Shown here piece by piece: positions 26,121-36,213 of a stretch of 64,000 nt of DNA (position 1 is the first letter of the stretch; each line of letters starts with the position of its first letter). A program made the position numbers and the translations under genes. The notes below the pieces were generated by a model. The model made no database searches, was not told the origin of the DNA, and was given only the letters and a program-made list of their open reading frames with translations. Source of the DNA: an uncultured Ectothiorhodospiraceae bacterium (GTDB lineage: Bacteria > Pseudomonadota > Gammaproteobacteria > CAMYNG01). The stretch covers positions 4,549-68,548 of the forward strand of contig CAMYNG010000014.1 in the NCBI GenBank assembly GCA_947259765.1, written 5' to 3'.

Positions 26121-28932
26121 AGCGAACCGGTTGCAACTTAGCCAACACGGTCAAACTGCTTTTTACCCATTTGTCGTAGATGCCGTCCGTAATGCGATTC
26201 ACGTTCGTAACGTGGATGTCGATGGCCTTTTCTTCAAAGGGGAAGGCCTGTTCTTCCAACAAAATCTCGTATTGTTCAAGTTCCTCGCCTTTCAATCCTC
26301 GGGGTCGTTGCGATTTCAGCAGCGATTTTGCGAAGTCGTGATACAGCTCGCCGACCTGATAGGTGGCGGCCGTTGTAACTGCCGCTACATTGAATTCGAT
26401 CGCTTTTTGGTAGGCCTGGATGGCTTGCTGCATTAACTTTTTCTTGTTCTTCAGGCTCTTCTTTAACGGTTGGGTCAGTTTTACGCGCTTGTATGCCGCG
26501 CGCGCCGGCTCAGCGAGTTGTAGTGTGGCACTGGCGGCGATGTCCCGCGTACGCGGCGTACGACTGGCGGCCATTTTTTTGTCCACCTTGACAATATCTT
26601 TAAGCCAGTAAAAGCGTTTTTTCTGATCACCTTTTTTACCGTACAAGGCAGCTAGTTGAAAGCGCGCCTCCATGGACTCAGGCATTTTCGTGGGATACTG
26701 CTTAACGTAGGCACTGTAGGCGCGAAGGGCGTCATTGCCGCGGCCGGTGTCCTTGTACATATTGGCTGACTGCCAGAGCATGGCCATGCGGATGCTCGGG
26801 TCAGCGTGCGTGGCTGCCATGGTTTCAATTTCCCGCGCCGCCTTGCTGGTACTGCCGGTCTTGCCGTAAACAACAGCCAGTTTTTCAGTAACGCCTTGCT
26901 GAAGCTTATGGTTTTTCGGGTAACGGCGACGGAAATCCTCCAGTACGTTGGCGGCTCGCGGCCAGTCTTGCATCGTCATCAGTGCGGCACCGGCATCGTA
27001 CTGGGCAGTGGCGGCAACACTTGATCCGGGAGCTACCCGGCCGACCCGCAGGAAGTCATTGACCGCTGCCGCCATCGCGCCGTTTTCACGTCGTTCCTCG
27101 CCCTGTTTGTAGACACTTGCGGCCAGCCGCTCGCGAACTTCGGCATATTGTTTTTGCTTCGGCGAGTAAAGCTTTAGCACTTGAATGTAGGCCTGTTCCG
27201 CGTCGTTATACAGACCGCTCTCAAAATAAGCGTGTCCAAGTACTAACAGGCCGGAACGCTTCAGGTTCCGGTACTTGTTGATACTGGGAAGGGCGACGAG
27301 TTTTTGCGACGTCTCAATTGCGCGGGAATAGTCTTTGGCGTCCAACAATTCCTGGGCGGTGCGCGCATAGACCGCCGGTACGCGTTTATCGTTGGGAAAT
27401 TTTGCGCCGAACTGAAGCGCGGAGTCGATGGCCATGTCCCGAATCTGTGTATCTCCCGCCGCCGCGCGTTTTTCCAATGTTTGATAACCCACCAATGCGG
27501 CATAACCCGCCTCGGCACTTTGCTTGTGCTGCGGATATTGATAAGCGGTTTTCTCGTATTGCGCCACGGCTTCGGCGAGCCGGCCTGCGTCATTAAGTAC
27601 TTCGGCGTAGAGGAAATTAATCGACGGCGATGACGGTTCATTGGGAAATGTGCTGAGATATTGCGCGTACCAATTGGCGGCCTTTTGAAAATCAGCCGGT
27701 TTCTTCGATTTGCGTGCGACCGCATGGTAGTGAGTGGCCAGGTCTCGCAGGTGGACCATGAGTAGCGGCCGTACTTCGGTGCGCGCCTCTTCCGGGTGAG
27801 CCCGGGAAAATGCGCTGTTGGCACCATATAAAGTTACAAAGTCTTCTTTGGCAGGAAGAATAAGACTGGCGAACCCGCCCTGTTTGTATGCGTTGATGGC
27901 GCGGGTGTGGAATCCGGGTGAGCGAACGTCATCGGGATAACGCTGTGCGAAGGCAAGATAAGTATCGGCGGCGTCGCGAATGCGTTCCTTTTCAAGATAC
28001 AGTTTGCCCAGATTGTCATAGATCAGCGCCTCGTAGGGACGTGAACCGGCTTCGCGGAAGTATGCAATGACACTTTTCGGGCCGTCGAGATAGGAAAACG
28101 ACAGACTCACCACGCGCAAGGCGTCGTCGAGCACTTCCTTTTCCGCACGTGACAATTGCGGATCGGGACCGTCGAATCGTAGTTTGCCCTGCTCAAGTTT
28201 GTAATCCAGCAACTTGAAAAACACCACCAATGCATCCTGGCGTTTGCTTTGTTTGAACAGACTCCAGCCGTATTTGTACAGGGCCTTTTCATAGTAGCGA
28301 GATTTTTTGCCGGAGCGTAAAACCTGTTCGTAGGCCAAGCCTGCATCGGTAAAACGTTTGTTTACAAAAAGGATTTCGCCACGACGAAATTGCACTTCGT
28401 CGCGATGCGTTGTGTTGGGGTATTGCTGAATTAACTGGTCTAATGTTTTTAACGCATTTTTATGATCGCCCTTCAGATCGTAAGCCTTGGCCAGTTGGTA
28501 TAGCGCGTTGTCGCTACTTTTTTGTTCAGGGTAGTTGTTGATATAACTGCTGTATAAACCTATTGCGGAATCCACCGGACTGCCGCTGGCGTCTCCGTCA
28601 CCTTTGGCCATTTGATCCTGTCCCGCCTCGAGTTCGATATCAGCGAGTCGACGCATGGCTTCTCGGTAGTTCTCATCTTCAGGTGCTTTTTCGAGAAATT
28701 CCCGATAACCCGAGGCGACCACGTCGCGATCAACTTCGACTTTCTGTTCAGGCTCAAGTACAACCTTGCGCTTGCTTAGAGAGTCGATAGTCGTGTCGCC
28801 GGTCCCGGCACATGCCGACAGCGAAAGCAGCACAGCGCACAGGCACAGATACCTGAAACAAGCAAAAGCTGTTGATATTGGTGGCTTAGGGTTGCGACGA
28901 TGGTAATTGCATCGTCCTGCGTGGTTTACCAT
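26074..28932 (-). CDS. Large TPR-repeat lipoprotein (952 aa)
   Basis: Lipobox LSAC and many TPR-like repeats throughout. It is the first gene of the apparent TPR-TPR-orf-exbB-exbD-exbD-tonB operon. Confidence 0.7.
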   Translation of the reverse strand: MVNHAGRCNYHRRNPKPPISTAFACFRYLCLCAVLLSLSACAGTGDTTIDSLSKRKVVLEPEQKVEVDRDVVASGYREFLEKAPEDENYREAMRRLADIELEAGQDQMAKGDGDASGSPVDSAIGLYSSYINNYPEQKSSDNALYQLAKAYDLKGDHKNALKTLDQLIQQYPNTTHRDEVQFRRGEILFVNKRFTDAGLAYEQVLRSGKKSRYYEKALYKYGWSLFKQSKRQDALVVFFKLLDYKLEQGKLRFDGPDPQLSRAEKEVLDDALRVVSLSFSYLDGPKSVIAYFREAGSRPYEALIYDNLGKLYLEKERIRDAADTYLAFAQRYPDDVRSPGFHTRAINAYKQGGFASLILPAKEDFVTLYGANSAFSRAHPEEARTEVRPLLMVHLRDLATHYHAVARKSKKPADFQKAANWYAQYLSTFPNEPSSPSINFLYAEVLNDAGRLAEAVAQYEKTAYQYPQHKQSAEAGYAALVGYQTLEKRAAAGDTQIRDMAIDSALQFGAKFPNDKRVPAVYARTAQELLDAKDYSRAIETSQKLVALPSINKYRNLKRSGLLVLGHAYFESGLYNDAEQAYIQVLKLYSPKQKQYAEVRERLAASVYKQGEERRENGAMAAAVNDFLRVGRVAPGSSVAATAQYDAGAALMTMQDWPRAANVLEDFRRRYPKNHKLQQGVTEKLAVVYGKTGSTSKAAREIETMAATHADPSIRMAMLWQSANMYKDTGRGNDALRAYSAYVKQYPTKMPESMEARFQLAALYGKKGDQKKRFYWLKDIVKVDKKMAASRTPRTRDIAASATLQLAEPARAAYKRVKLTQPLKKSLKNKKKLMQQAIQAYQKAIEFNVAAVTTAATYQVGELYHDFAKSLLKSQRPRGLKGEELEQYEILLEEQAFPFEEKAIDIHVTNVNRITDGIYDKWVKSSLTVLAKLQPVRYARQERSEEYLREIH

Positions 28933-29444
28933 TTTCGAACTTTAAACTTCGGGCTTTCTCCACCGGCGGCGTCGGTGATCAGCAATTCAATATGGGTCGG
29001 TTCGATACCGGGACTGACCTGTTCGCTGTACTTGCCGGTGACGGAACGATGGCCCTTGCCAAAGCCGATAAACTCGGCAACAAATTCATGGCTGCCCGGC
29101 CCGAGATTTCCACTATAAATACGGTGAACGGCGCTTTTTGCCAGGGCGCCCGATTCCCGCTCCGTATATAAATGGCGCACCAGCCGCTTGCCGTCCAGCT
29201 TCAATTCCAGCGTATCGAGGGCGAACGGCTCGCGGGTTTTCGTCGCGACGTATATATTAAGGCTCGCGGTTCGCAGGCGCGGGTCGGCGTTTTCGATCTC
29301 ATCGAGTTTTTGCGCAAACGACGTTTCACCTTGCGCGTGGGCGGAGGGAAAATTCGGCAGCCCAGCTTGTAACCACAGCGTACAAGCAGCGAGGGTAAAA
29401 CACAGGGCGCGGAGGTAGATGGTTTTCAAAGGTTCAGTCACCAA
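28926..29444 (-). CDS. Hypothetical secreted protein (172 aa)
   Basis: Signal peptide. No recognised motif. Confidence 0.4.
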   Translation of the reverse strand: MVTEPLKTIYLRALCFTLAACTLWLQAGLPNFPSAHAQGETSFAQKLDEIENADPRLRTASLNIYVATKTREPFALDTLELKLDGKRLVRHLYTERESGALAKSAVHRIYSGNLGPGSHEFVAEFIGFGKGHRSVTGKYSEQVSPGIEPTHIELLITDAAGGESPKFKVRKW

Positions 29445-29652
29445 ACCGGTTATAACTCGATAAGCGCCGGTTTTCCATCACAAATTCAAACACAGCGGAG
29501 TGTATTTCAGGGACCCGGGCTGACGTGAGATGCGACCCATCGAGCTTGCCGGGCAGGTATTATTGCCTACAAAGACTACTGAATTATAAAGGGTTTTCAT
29601 GTGAACATCTGTTAGGCCAGTCACAAAATCCACTCCTTGGGAATCCTGCGCG

Positions 29653-30750
29653 TCACGGTTTTTCAGCACGGTCCATCGCTGCGGGCTCGGGCGGTTGCAG
29701 GCCCTTTGAGTAGTGTAAAAGTCCTTTGGCATCAATAATTATCGCCTCAATCCCCGGTAGCCGCTCAATCAGTGCCAGCCCCTTTTTTGGACCCAATACG
29801 AACACAGTGGTCGAAAGTGCATCGGTTGTGGTTGCGTCCGGGCCCAGAACGGACACGCTGCGACTTCCGCGCGCCGGTTTGCCCGTGTCGGGACTTAATA
29901 TATGGTGAAAGCGGACACCGTCGCGGATGAAGTAGCGCTCGTAGTCGCCAGACGTGGAAATCGCGCTATCGGTGAGCGGCAGTAACACGGCGGTTTCTTT
30001 TCCTTGTCGTGGATCCCGGATACCGGTTAGCCACGGGCGGCCGCGGCGATCGCCCATAATTCGCGTGTCACCGCCGGCAGTCACCAATGCGTGCGTTATT
30101 CCCAGGTCTTGCAAGATCATTATGCCGCGGTCCACGGCATAACCCTTAGCGATGCCTCCCAGGTCGATGCGTACTCCCGGTTGCGTGAAGCGAATAGATT
30201 GAGATGTCGTAGCCAGCTTTATGTTGCGATAGTTTACTCCTGGAAGCGCAGAGTCGATTTGTTTCTGGCTGGGCGCGCGCTTTTTCCTGTAATCGTACAG
30301 GTAGCCGACGCTGGCGAAGGTGACATCGAAAGCGCCATCGGACAGTCGGGAAAACTTCAAGGCGCGTTGTATCAGGGCAAAAAACTCCCTGCTGATAGGT
30401 ACTTTTTCTTTTGCCGCAAGTTGATTAACTCGGGAGAGTTCGCTGTCAGGACGATACGGGCTGTACTGATCATCAATGCGTCGCATCTCGTGCATGACCG
30501 CCTCGATGGCTTCTTCGGCATGTTGTGGGTTGTCGCTCCACAACTCGACGCGAATGGCGGTTCCCATTATCGCCTGCTCGGCGTCAAACCATTTTGCATC
30601 TGCACGTGGGCAAACCGCCAGGGTAAAAACTAACCCGAAAATCAGCGTGAATGTTGCCGAGCAGCGATTTGATTTTTTTCTACAGGAACGTTGAATTTGC
30701 ATCACCTTTATTCTGCCACAGCCTTCTTGCCGCCGTGGCATTGTACTCAA
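29653..30750 (-). CDS. apbE: FAD:protein FMN transferase (ApbE family), probable lipoprotein
   Basis: ApbE-like motifs are present (AIMGTAIRVELW, DLGGIAKGYAVDRG). The N-terminal lipobox is LAVC. An alternative start lies at 30705. Confidence 0.85.
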   Translation of the reverse strand: MSTMPRRQEGCGRIKVMQIQRSCRKKSNRCSATFTLIFGLVFTLAVCPRADAKWFDAEQAIMGTAIRVELWSDNPQHAEEAIEAVMHEMRRIDDQYSPYRPDSELSRVNQLAAKEKVPISREFFALIQRALKFSRLSDGAFDVTFASVGYLYDYRKKRAPSQKQIDSALPGVNYRNIKLATTSQSIRFTQPGVRIDLGGIAKGYAVDRGIMILQDLGITHALVTAGGDTRIMGDRRGRPWLTGIRDPRQGKETAVLLPLTDSAISTSGDYERYFIRDGVRFHHILSPDTGKPARGSRSVSVLGPDATTTDALSTTVFVLGPKKGLALIERLPGIEAIIIDAKGLLHYSKGLQPPEPAAMDRAEKP

Positions 30751-30838
30751 TCCCGTTTAACTTTAGGATGAGTGGTGCGTTATATGTGTTTGTTTATTAG
30801 AGAACGGTGAATTTGCCGTTCATCGCAATATTAGCGAA

Positions 30839-32188
30839 ATGCAAAAACGCCCAAGCGCACAGGCCGCAATAAGACGGTTATGCAGTGGAGGTTATAACAG
30901 GATGGGTGTCAAAGAAGAAAAATTTGCCCTTAGTTCCGCGCCAGTCACAGCGCCTTCCAATCTTGGCCTGTCTCAGCAGCACCCGGTGCGGTCGGGGGAA
31001 GTTACTGCACTAGACCGCTGGTTGGCCAGGAAGTTACTCACAACGCTCGGAAAACCGCCATTCTCGATACGACTTTGGGACGGCTCGCTTGTCAAGATGC
31101 GCCCCGCTGAACCCAACCAGGTAATTTTTCATGATCGACCGGCCCTGTTGCAAGTGCTTATAAATCCGGAACTGAAGTTCGGCGACCTATACAGTTGTGG
31201 GCGTATTGAGTTAAAGGGAGATCTGGTGGCATTTGTTGTGCAGTGTTATCAGGGCCTGCGGTTTGTTGCTCGCTCCGGCGGTCCGGCCCTTTGGCTCAAG
31301 TGGCTACTGAATCGACCCAGGCGCAATACGCTGATCCAATCGCGCCATAACATCTACCACCACTACGATATTGGCAACGATTTCTATGCGCTCTGGCTGG
31401 ATAAGGTAGCCATGCAGTATACCTGTGGCTACTACCCGGAGCCGGAAATGACCCTGGAGGAAGCCCAGTGTTCCAAATTGCATCACGTATGTCGAAAATT
31501 GCAGCTCAAACCGGGTGATACGGTTGTCGAAGCGGGTTGCGGTTGGGGAGGACTCGCGCTCTTTATGGCGAAACATTACGGGGTGACGGTACGTGCGTAC
31601 AACATTTCTCATCAACAAGTTAGTTTTGCTCGCCAACGGGTAGAACGGGAAGGCATGGCAGGCCAGGTTGAGTATATCGAGGATGATTACCGTAGCATCA
31701 CCGGCCGTTATGATGTGTTTGTGTCGGTAGGCATGTTGGAGCATGTTGGCATCAAGCATTTTGAGGAGCTGGGTGAGGTGATTCAGCGCTGCATGAAGCC
31801 GGACGGGCGGGGTTTGATTCATACCATTGGACGGCGGCGACCGGGGATGATGAATCCGTGGATTGAGCGGCGAGTTTTTCCCGGTGCGCGACCGCCGAGT
31901 CTTGCGGAAATGGGGCGTATATTCGAACCTCAGGAGTTCGCCATACAGGATGTGGAAAACCTACGCCTGCATTACGTAAAAACCCTGCAAGATTGGATGC
32001 GGCGTTTCGAGGAAAATCTGGACACAATTCAAAAATCGTTCGACGACGTGTTTATTCGAGCATGGCGTCTTTATCTCGCCGGTTCCATCGCCGCCTTCAC
32101 TGCCAACGAACTGCAGTTGTTTCAGGTCATGTTTACAGGGCCGGAAAATCAAAATCCGCCCTGGTCACGAGCGCATTTATACCCATGA
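30839..32188 (+). CDS. cfa: Cyclopropane-fatty-acyl-phospholipid synthase family methyltransferase
   Basis: SAM-binding motif VVEAGCGWGGLALFMAKHYG and the C-terminal CFA-synthase region. The 449-aa ORF may start later. Confidence 0.85.
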   Translation: MQKRPSAQAAIRRLCSGGYNRMGVKEEKFALSSAPVTAPSNLGLSQQHPVRSGEVTALDRWLARKLLTTLGKPPFSIRLWDGSLVKMRPAEPNQVIFHDRPALLQVLINPELKFGDLYSCGRIELKGDLVAFVVQCYQGLRFVARSGGPALWLKWLLNRPRRNTLIQSRHNIYHHYDIGNDFYALWLDKVAMQYTCGYYPEPEMTLEEAQCSKLHHVCRKLQLKPGDTVVEAGCGWGGLALFMAKHYGVTVRAYNISHQQVSFARQRVEREGMAGQVEYIEDDYRSITGRYDVFVSVGMLEHVGIKHFEELGEVIQRCMKPDGRGLIHTIGRRRPGMMNPWIERRVFPGARPPSLAEMGRIFEPQEFAIQDVENLRLHYVKTLQDWMRRFEENLDTIQKSFDDVFIRAWRLYLAGSIAAFTANELQLFQVMFTGPENQNPPWSRAHLYP

Positions 32189-32191
32189 GTC

Positions 32192-33346
32192 TTGGTTTTC
32201 AGCCGTCGCCGGCCACGAACAATGATTGATTGTGATGTGCTCATTGTAGGCGGCGGACCCTCCGGGTCCAGTCTCGCCTGGGCTTTGCGCGACAGCGGTC
32301 TAGATGTGCAGTTGCTCGACAAGCACGTGTTTCCAAGAGACAAAGTTTGTGCCGGTTGGATAACCCCCGAAGTGGTCAGCACGTTGCGCTTGAATTTGGC
32401 TGACTACGCGGTGGGACGCACCTTGCAGCCATTTCACGGTTTTCGCGTGAGTCGACTAGGTGGTCGTGAGGTGCACACTAAGGATTCAGCCACACCGGTT
32501 AGCTTTGGCATTCGTCGCTGCGAATTTGACTACTACCTATTGCAACGCAGCGACGTCACGTACCATGAATGCGTTAGCGTAAAACAACTTGTACGCGACG
32601 ACTCCGGATACGTCATCGGGAAGCGTTTTCATACCCGCCTGCTAGTGGGTGCCGGGGGACATTTTTGTCCGGTTGCGCGCAGCCTGGGCGCGAAACCTGG
32701 AGGTGAGGAGACTGCGGTGGTGGCGCAGGAGACCGAGTTTCTTATGAGCCCGGCGCAAGCGGCAGCGTGTAAAGTCGACGCACGGTTTCCCGAGCTGTTT
32801 TTTTGCGAGGACTTGGCAGGTTATGGGTGGGTTGTTCGCAAGGGAGACTATTTGAACGTCGGCCTGGGAAGAGAAGACAAACACCACCTTGCGGAGCATA
32901 TGCAATCGTTCTGTGAATTTCTCAAGGCACGGGGAAAGGTTCCCTACGACATGGGCCGCAAGTTCCCGGGACATGCATATTTGCTGTATCCGCATGCCAC
33001 TCGCCGCGTCGTCGATGATCACGTACTTCTGATAGGTGATGCGGCAGGTTTGGCCTATCCGCAAAGCGGCGAAGGAATTCGTCCCGGTATTGAATCCGCG
33101 TTACTGGCGGCACAAATTATCCGGCGTTGTCAGGGTGACTACAGTTCCGCGGCGTTGAGCCGCTACGAGCATCGTCTTGAGGAACGTCTGGGGCGGCGAA
33201 GTCAAAAATCAGTCTCGGAGCGACTCCCCGGCTGGATTACCGCTTTTGTTGGTAGCAAGCTTTTGTCGACACGCTGGTTCGTACAAAATATAGTCCTGAA
33301 TCGCTGGTTTTTACACGCGCACCAGCCACCGTTGACAGTAGAATAG
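32192..33346 (+). CDS. FAD-dependent oxidoreductase (geranylgeranyl-reductase-like flavoprotein)
   Basis: Rossmann FAD motif CDVLIVGGGPSGSSLAWAL and a GD-motif LIGDAAG. The likely start is at 32222. Confidence 0.8.
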   Translation: MVFSRRRPRTMIDCDVLIVGGGPSGSSLAWALRDSGLDVQLLDKHVFPRDKVCAGWITPEVVSTLRLNLADYAVGRTLQPFHGFRVSRLGGREVHTKDSATPVSFGIRRCEFDYYLLQRSDVTYHECVSVKQLVRDDSGYVIGKRFHTRLLVGAGGHFCPVARSLGAKPGGEETAVVAQETEFLMSPAQAAACKVDARFPELFFCEDLAGYGWVVRKGDYLNVGLGREDKHHLAEHMQSFCEFLKARGKVPYDMGRKFPGHAYLLYPHATRRVVDDHVLLIGDAAGLAYPQSGEGIRPGIESALLAAQIIRRCQGDYSSAALSRYEHRLEERLGRRSQKSVSERLPGWITAFVGSKLLSTRWFVQNIVLNRWFLHAHQPPLTVE

Positions 33347-33407
33347 ATGTTGAAGCATATGATTCGGTTTTTTTTCAGCCCAGCCGATCTTGATTAGGAA
33401 GTAAAAA

Positions 33408-34580
33408 TTGGCGGCTTCAAAAGACGATACGGAAAAAAAAGAGACGGGCGTGGCTAACGGGCCGAATGCATCAGCGGAAGAGTCATGGCAAAAATTATCG
33501 GCTCCCGAGGATCGACGGTTTTCGGACACGCAGGTTGGTGGTAAGTCAAATCGTTGGGTAGTTCCGAGTTGGGAAGATCAGCGCACGCAGTTTCTCACGC
33601 GTTTTCTTTTCGCTATCCTGGGTGTTGTCTATTTTAATTTTGTTTTTGAGTACAAGTCTCCATGGTTGAGTCTTGGACAAGTCAATATGGCATTGGGCCT
33701 GTATCTGCTGTGGTTGACGGTTTCTTTTTTTCACGCTTACTTCAAGAATGACTCACTGATACGCTTTCGCCTGGCAATGTGGTATGACATTGTCCTGTGC
33801 TCGATCATTGTTGTTAATGATCCGTTCGTTATTCCGCTGACTTCAATGGTGTACATTGTAATCGTGCTTGGCAATGGCATGCGGTACGGTATGCGTTGCT
33901 TCTCCGAGGCGTTGGTGGGAAGTTTTATAGCCGCTGTGTTGTCGTTGACGCTGCGCTACTCGGGATCGTTTCATGAATTAACGCCGGGCGTAATTTTTCT
34001 TAATATGTTTGGCGCCATAATACTCATTTACGCCTACCTGTTAATGAGTAAAGTTGAAGCGTCGCGGCGAATCGTTGAGCAGAGCAGTCGTACCGATCCA
34101 CTAACGGGTCTAATGAACAGAACCGCACTGGATGAAGTTGCCGCGGAAATGTTTTTTCAGGTTAATCACGAGAATGCGCGGATCGTGGTAATGTTTGCTG
34201 ATCTGGATAAATTTAAAATTGTTAACGACACCCTCGGGCACGATGAGGGCGACCGCGTGCTTTGCGCAGTTTCAAAAATTATTCAAAATGCCATTCGAGA
34301 CAGGGATTTGGCTGCTCGCTACGGTGGTGATGAATTTGTGCTCCTGTTGCGAAATATGACACTTCGGGACGCGGAACCCGTAGCACATCGAATACAACAG
34401 GATCTGGCGAAATGGGCGGAACAGAACGCTCTGGACATCGGTATTACTATATGCGCGGGTGAAGCACCCACTCACGGCACCAGCTTTCGCACTTTGCTGT
34501 CGCGGCTTGATCGTGCTTTATATCGTTCGAAATTTTCCGGACAAACCAGTGGCCTGAGTATGGTCACACCGGAAGACTGA
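33408..34580 (+). CDS. Membrane-anchored diguanylate cyclase (GGDEF) with I-site
   Basis: Multi-TM N-terminus. GGDEF domain with RDRDLAARYGGDEFVLLL, which includes an RxxD I-site five residues upstream of GGDEF. Confidence 0.85.
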   Translation: MAASKDDTEKKETGVANGPNASAEESWQKLSAPEDRRFSDTQVGGKSNRWVVPSWEDQRTQFLTRFLFAILGVVYFNFVFEYKSPWLSLGQVNMALGLYLLWLTVSFFHAYFKNDSLIRFRLAMWYDIVLCSIIVVNDPFVIPLTSMVYIVIVLGNGMRYGMRCFSEALVGSFIAAVLSLTLRYSGSFHELTPGVIFLNMFGAIILIYAYLLMSKVEASRRIVEQSSRTDPLTGLMNRTALDEVAAEMFFQVNHENARIVVMFADLDKFKIVNDTLGHDEGDRVLCAVSKIIQNAIRDRDLAARYGGDEFVLLLRNMTLRDAEPVAHRIQQDLAKWAEQNALDIGITICAGEAPTHGTSFRTLLSRLDRALYRSKFSGQTSGLSMVTPED

Positions 34581-34587
34581 GTTTCTT

Positions 34588-35145
34588 TTGCAAAGTCACC
34601 TTTCAACTACTCGGATCGTCTCCCGATCCGCTTTTCCGTTACCGGACAGACCGGTTATTCTCTGCACGAAAGCGCTGCTCTCGGTTGTGGTCTTATTGAT
34701 ACTTTTCGGCAGCACAGCATGTTCGTCGCCGTCAGCCGAAGACCGAATACGGATTCGGCTTGCGGAATTGGTTACGGCAATTGAGGAAAAAGATCGTAGC
34801 GAAATTCAGAAAATTTTGGCTTTCGGATTTACCGCCAAAAGTCAGGGTGAGTCGGTTGATGCAAATCTATTGATGTTGGTCTATTTCCGACAAGTCAAAC
34901 AGATCCGCATCCAAACTTATGCAGTTGAAGTTGAAGTAGAGGATCGCGCGGCACAAGTCCGATTAAATGCTGTTGTCATGGGCGGACAAGGTTTGCTGCC
35001 CGAACGGGTAAATTTGTTCGAGACAAAATCCGCATGGATAACGCAGGACGGCGACGACTGGCAGCTTACTTCTGCGGAATGGCAGCGTCTTGAGATTAAT
35101 GGTGAGGATTTACCCACGGACATTAAGCGCGTGCTTGGTATTTAG
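34588..35145 (+). CDS. Hypothetical lipoprotein
   Basis: Hydrophobic segment ending in the lipobox-like STAC. The start is uncertain. No recognised family. Confidence 0.4.
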   Translation: MQSHLSTTRIVSRSAFPLPDRPVILCTKALLSVVVLLILFGSTACSSPSAEDRIRIRLAELVTAIEEKDRSEIQKILAFGFTAKSQGESVDANLLMLVYFRQVKQIRIQTYAVEVEVEDRAAQVRLNAVVMGGQGLLPERVNLFETKSAWITQDGDDWQLTSAEWQRLEINGEDLPTDIKRVLGI

Positions 35146-35154
35146 GCGGGCTTT

Positions 35155-35697
35155 CTACGGCCGGTTAGCGCTTCGGATTGTACCGCGATGTAGGTCGAAC
35201 CGGTTTTGCTTACGGTCCGAAAAAAACAGTTGCAGGGTTTCCGAAATGGTCCGAAAGGCCAGTTGTTGCCAGGGAATGTCTGCTTCGTCGAATAATTCCA
35301 CTTCCAGGCTTTCCGGGCCCGGCGAGAATTCGGTATCAATGAGTTCTGCCAGGTACAACATATATACCTGATTGATATGGGGAAGGCTGAATATCGTGTA
35401 AAGATTGGTGATGCGTATGTTGGCGTTGGCTTCTTCGCGGGATTCTCGCTCGGCGGCTTCTTCTACGGTTTCTCCGTTCTCCATAAACCCTGCGGGTAAG
35501 GTCCAGAGGCCATAGCGAGGTTCAATGGCGCGTTTGCATAACAGAATTTTATCTTTCCAAACAGGTAGACAACCGGTAACAATTTTCGGGTTTTGATAAT
35601 GAATTGTCGCACACTGGATGCAAACGTGGCGGGGTAGGTTGTCACCTGCCGGTATTTTTATCTCGATACTCGCGCCGCAGGCACTGCAATACTTCAT
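35155..35697 (-). CDS. NUDIX hydrolase with N-terminal zinc-ribbon
   Basis: N-terminal CxxC...CxxC (CSACGASI...CIQCATI). NUDIX box GFMENGETVEEAAERESREEANA (GX5EX7REUXEEXGU). Confidence 0.85.
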   Translation of the reverse strand: MKYCSACGASIEIKIPAGDNLPRHVCIQCATIHYQNPKIVTGCLPVWKDKILLCKRAIEPRYGLWTLPAGFMENGETVEEAAERESREEANANIRITNLYTIFSLPHINQVYMLYLAELIDTEFSPGPESLEVELFDEADIPWQQLAFRTISETLQLFFSDRKQNRFDLHRGTIRSANRP

Positions 35698-35750
35698 TCA
35701 CGATTCGACATGTAAGGCGCAATTGGATTTCAGCACAGTTATCGCTGAGA

Positions 35751-36035
35751 CTATTTTTTTTGACCCTGGGGTACGTATCCCGGTGGTAACTGACCCTGGT
35801 TACCCTCATTGAAAATGAAACCGAGCATGTGTTGCTCAATCAATTCAACGCTGCCTGGGTCGGCGGTGCTGATTTGATTTTCGTTCAATATCGTAGTGAG
35901 ACGCTCCAGCCACTGTTGCCAGCCTTCAACGGAAACATTGTCGAAAATACGCTGGCCGAGCTCACCAGGGTGAGGCGGACTGTCGAGCCCTGGGGCTTCC
36001 CGTTTGAGTACCTGGCAATAAACGACGCGAGACAT
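35751..36035 (-). CDS. yggX: Fe(II)-trafficking / oxidative-damage protection protein YggX
   Basis: 94 aa starting MSRVVYCQVLKREAPGLD...PGELGQRIFDNVS..WQQW. It aligns by eye to E. coli YggX (MSRTIFCTFLQREAEGQD..YPGELGKRIYN). The ORF track's longer 134-aa version has a non-homologous extension. Confidence 0.85.
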   Translation of the reverse strand: MSRVVYCQVLKREAPGLDSPPHPGELGQRIFDNVSVEGWQQWLERLTTILNENQISTADPGSVELIEQHMLGFIFNEGNQGQLPPGYVPQGQKK

Positions 36036-36213
36036 AATAAATTTTGACCTTTGTTTACTTGCGGAAATTAAAGCACGCGGGCGAAGGCAGCCGCAAATGT
36101 ACGCGCCGGTGACACCAGCGTGGGTAATTTCCCAGTGACGTGCTAAACTGTTCAACCGCTAAAGTGGGTATTATCCTTGAACTACAGGCGTGGTCAATCC
36201 CGGGAGAGAAACC

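Noticed and set aside
31304-31822. 172-aa ORF antisense to cfa
   Set aside because: Embedded in the conserved SAM-binding region of cfa on the other strand. No motifs.
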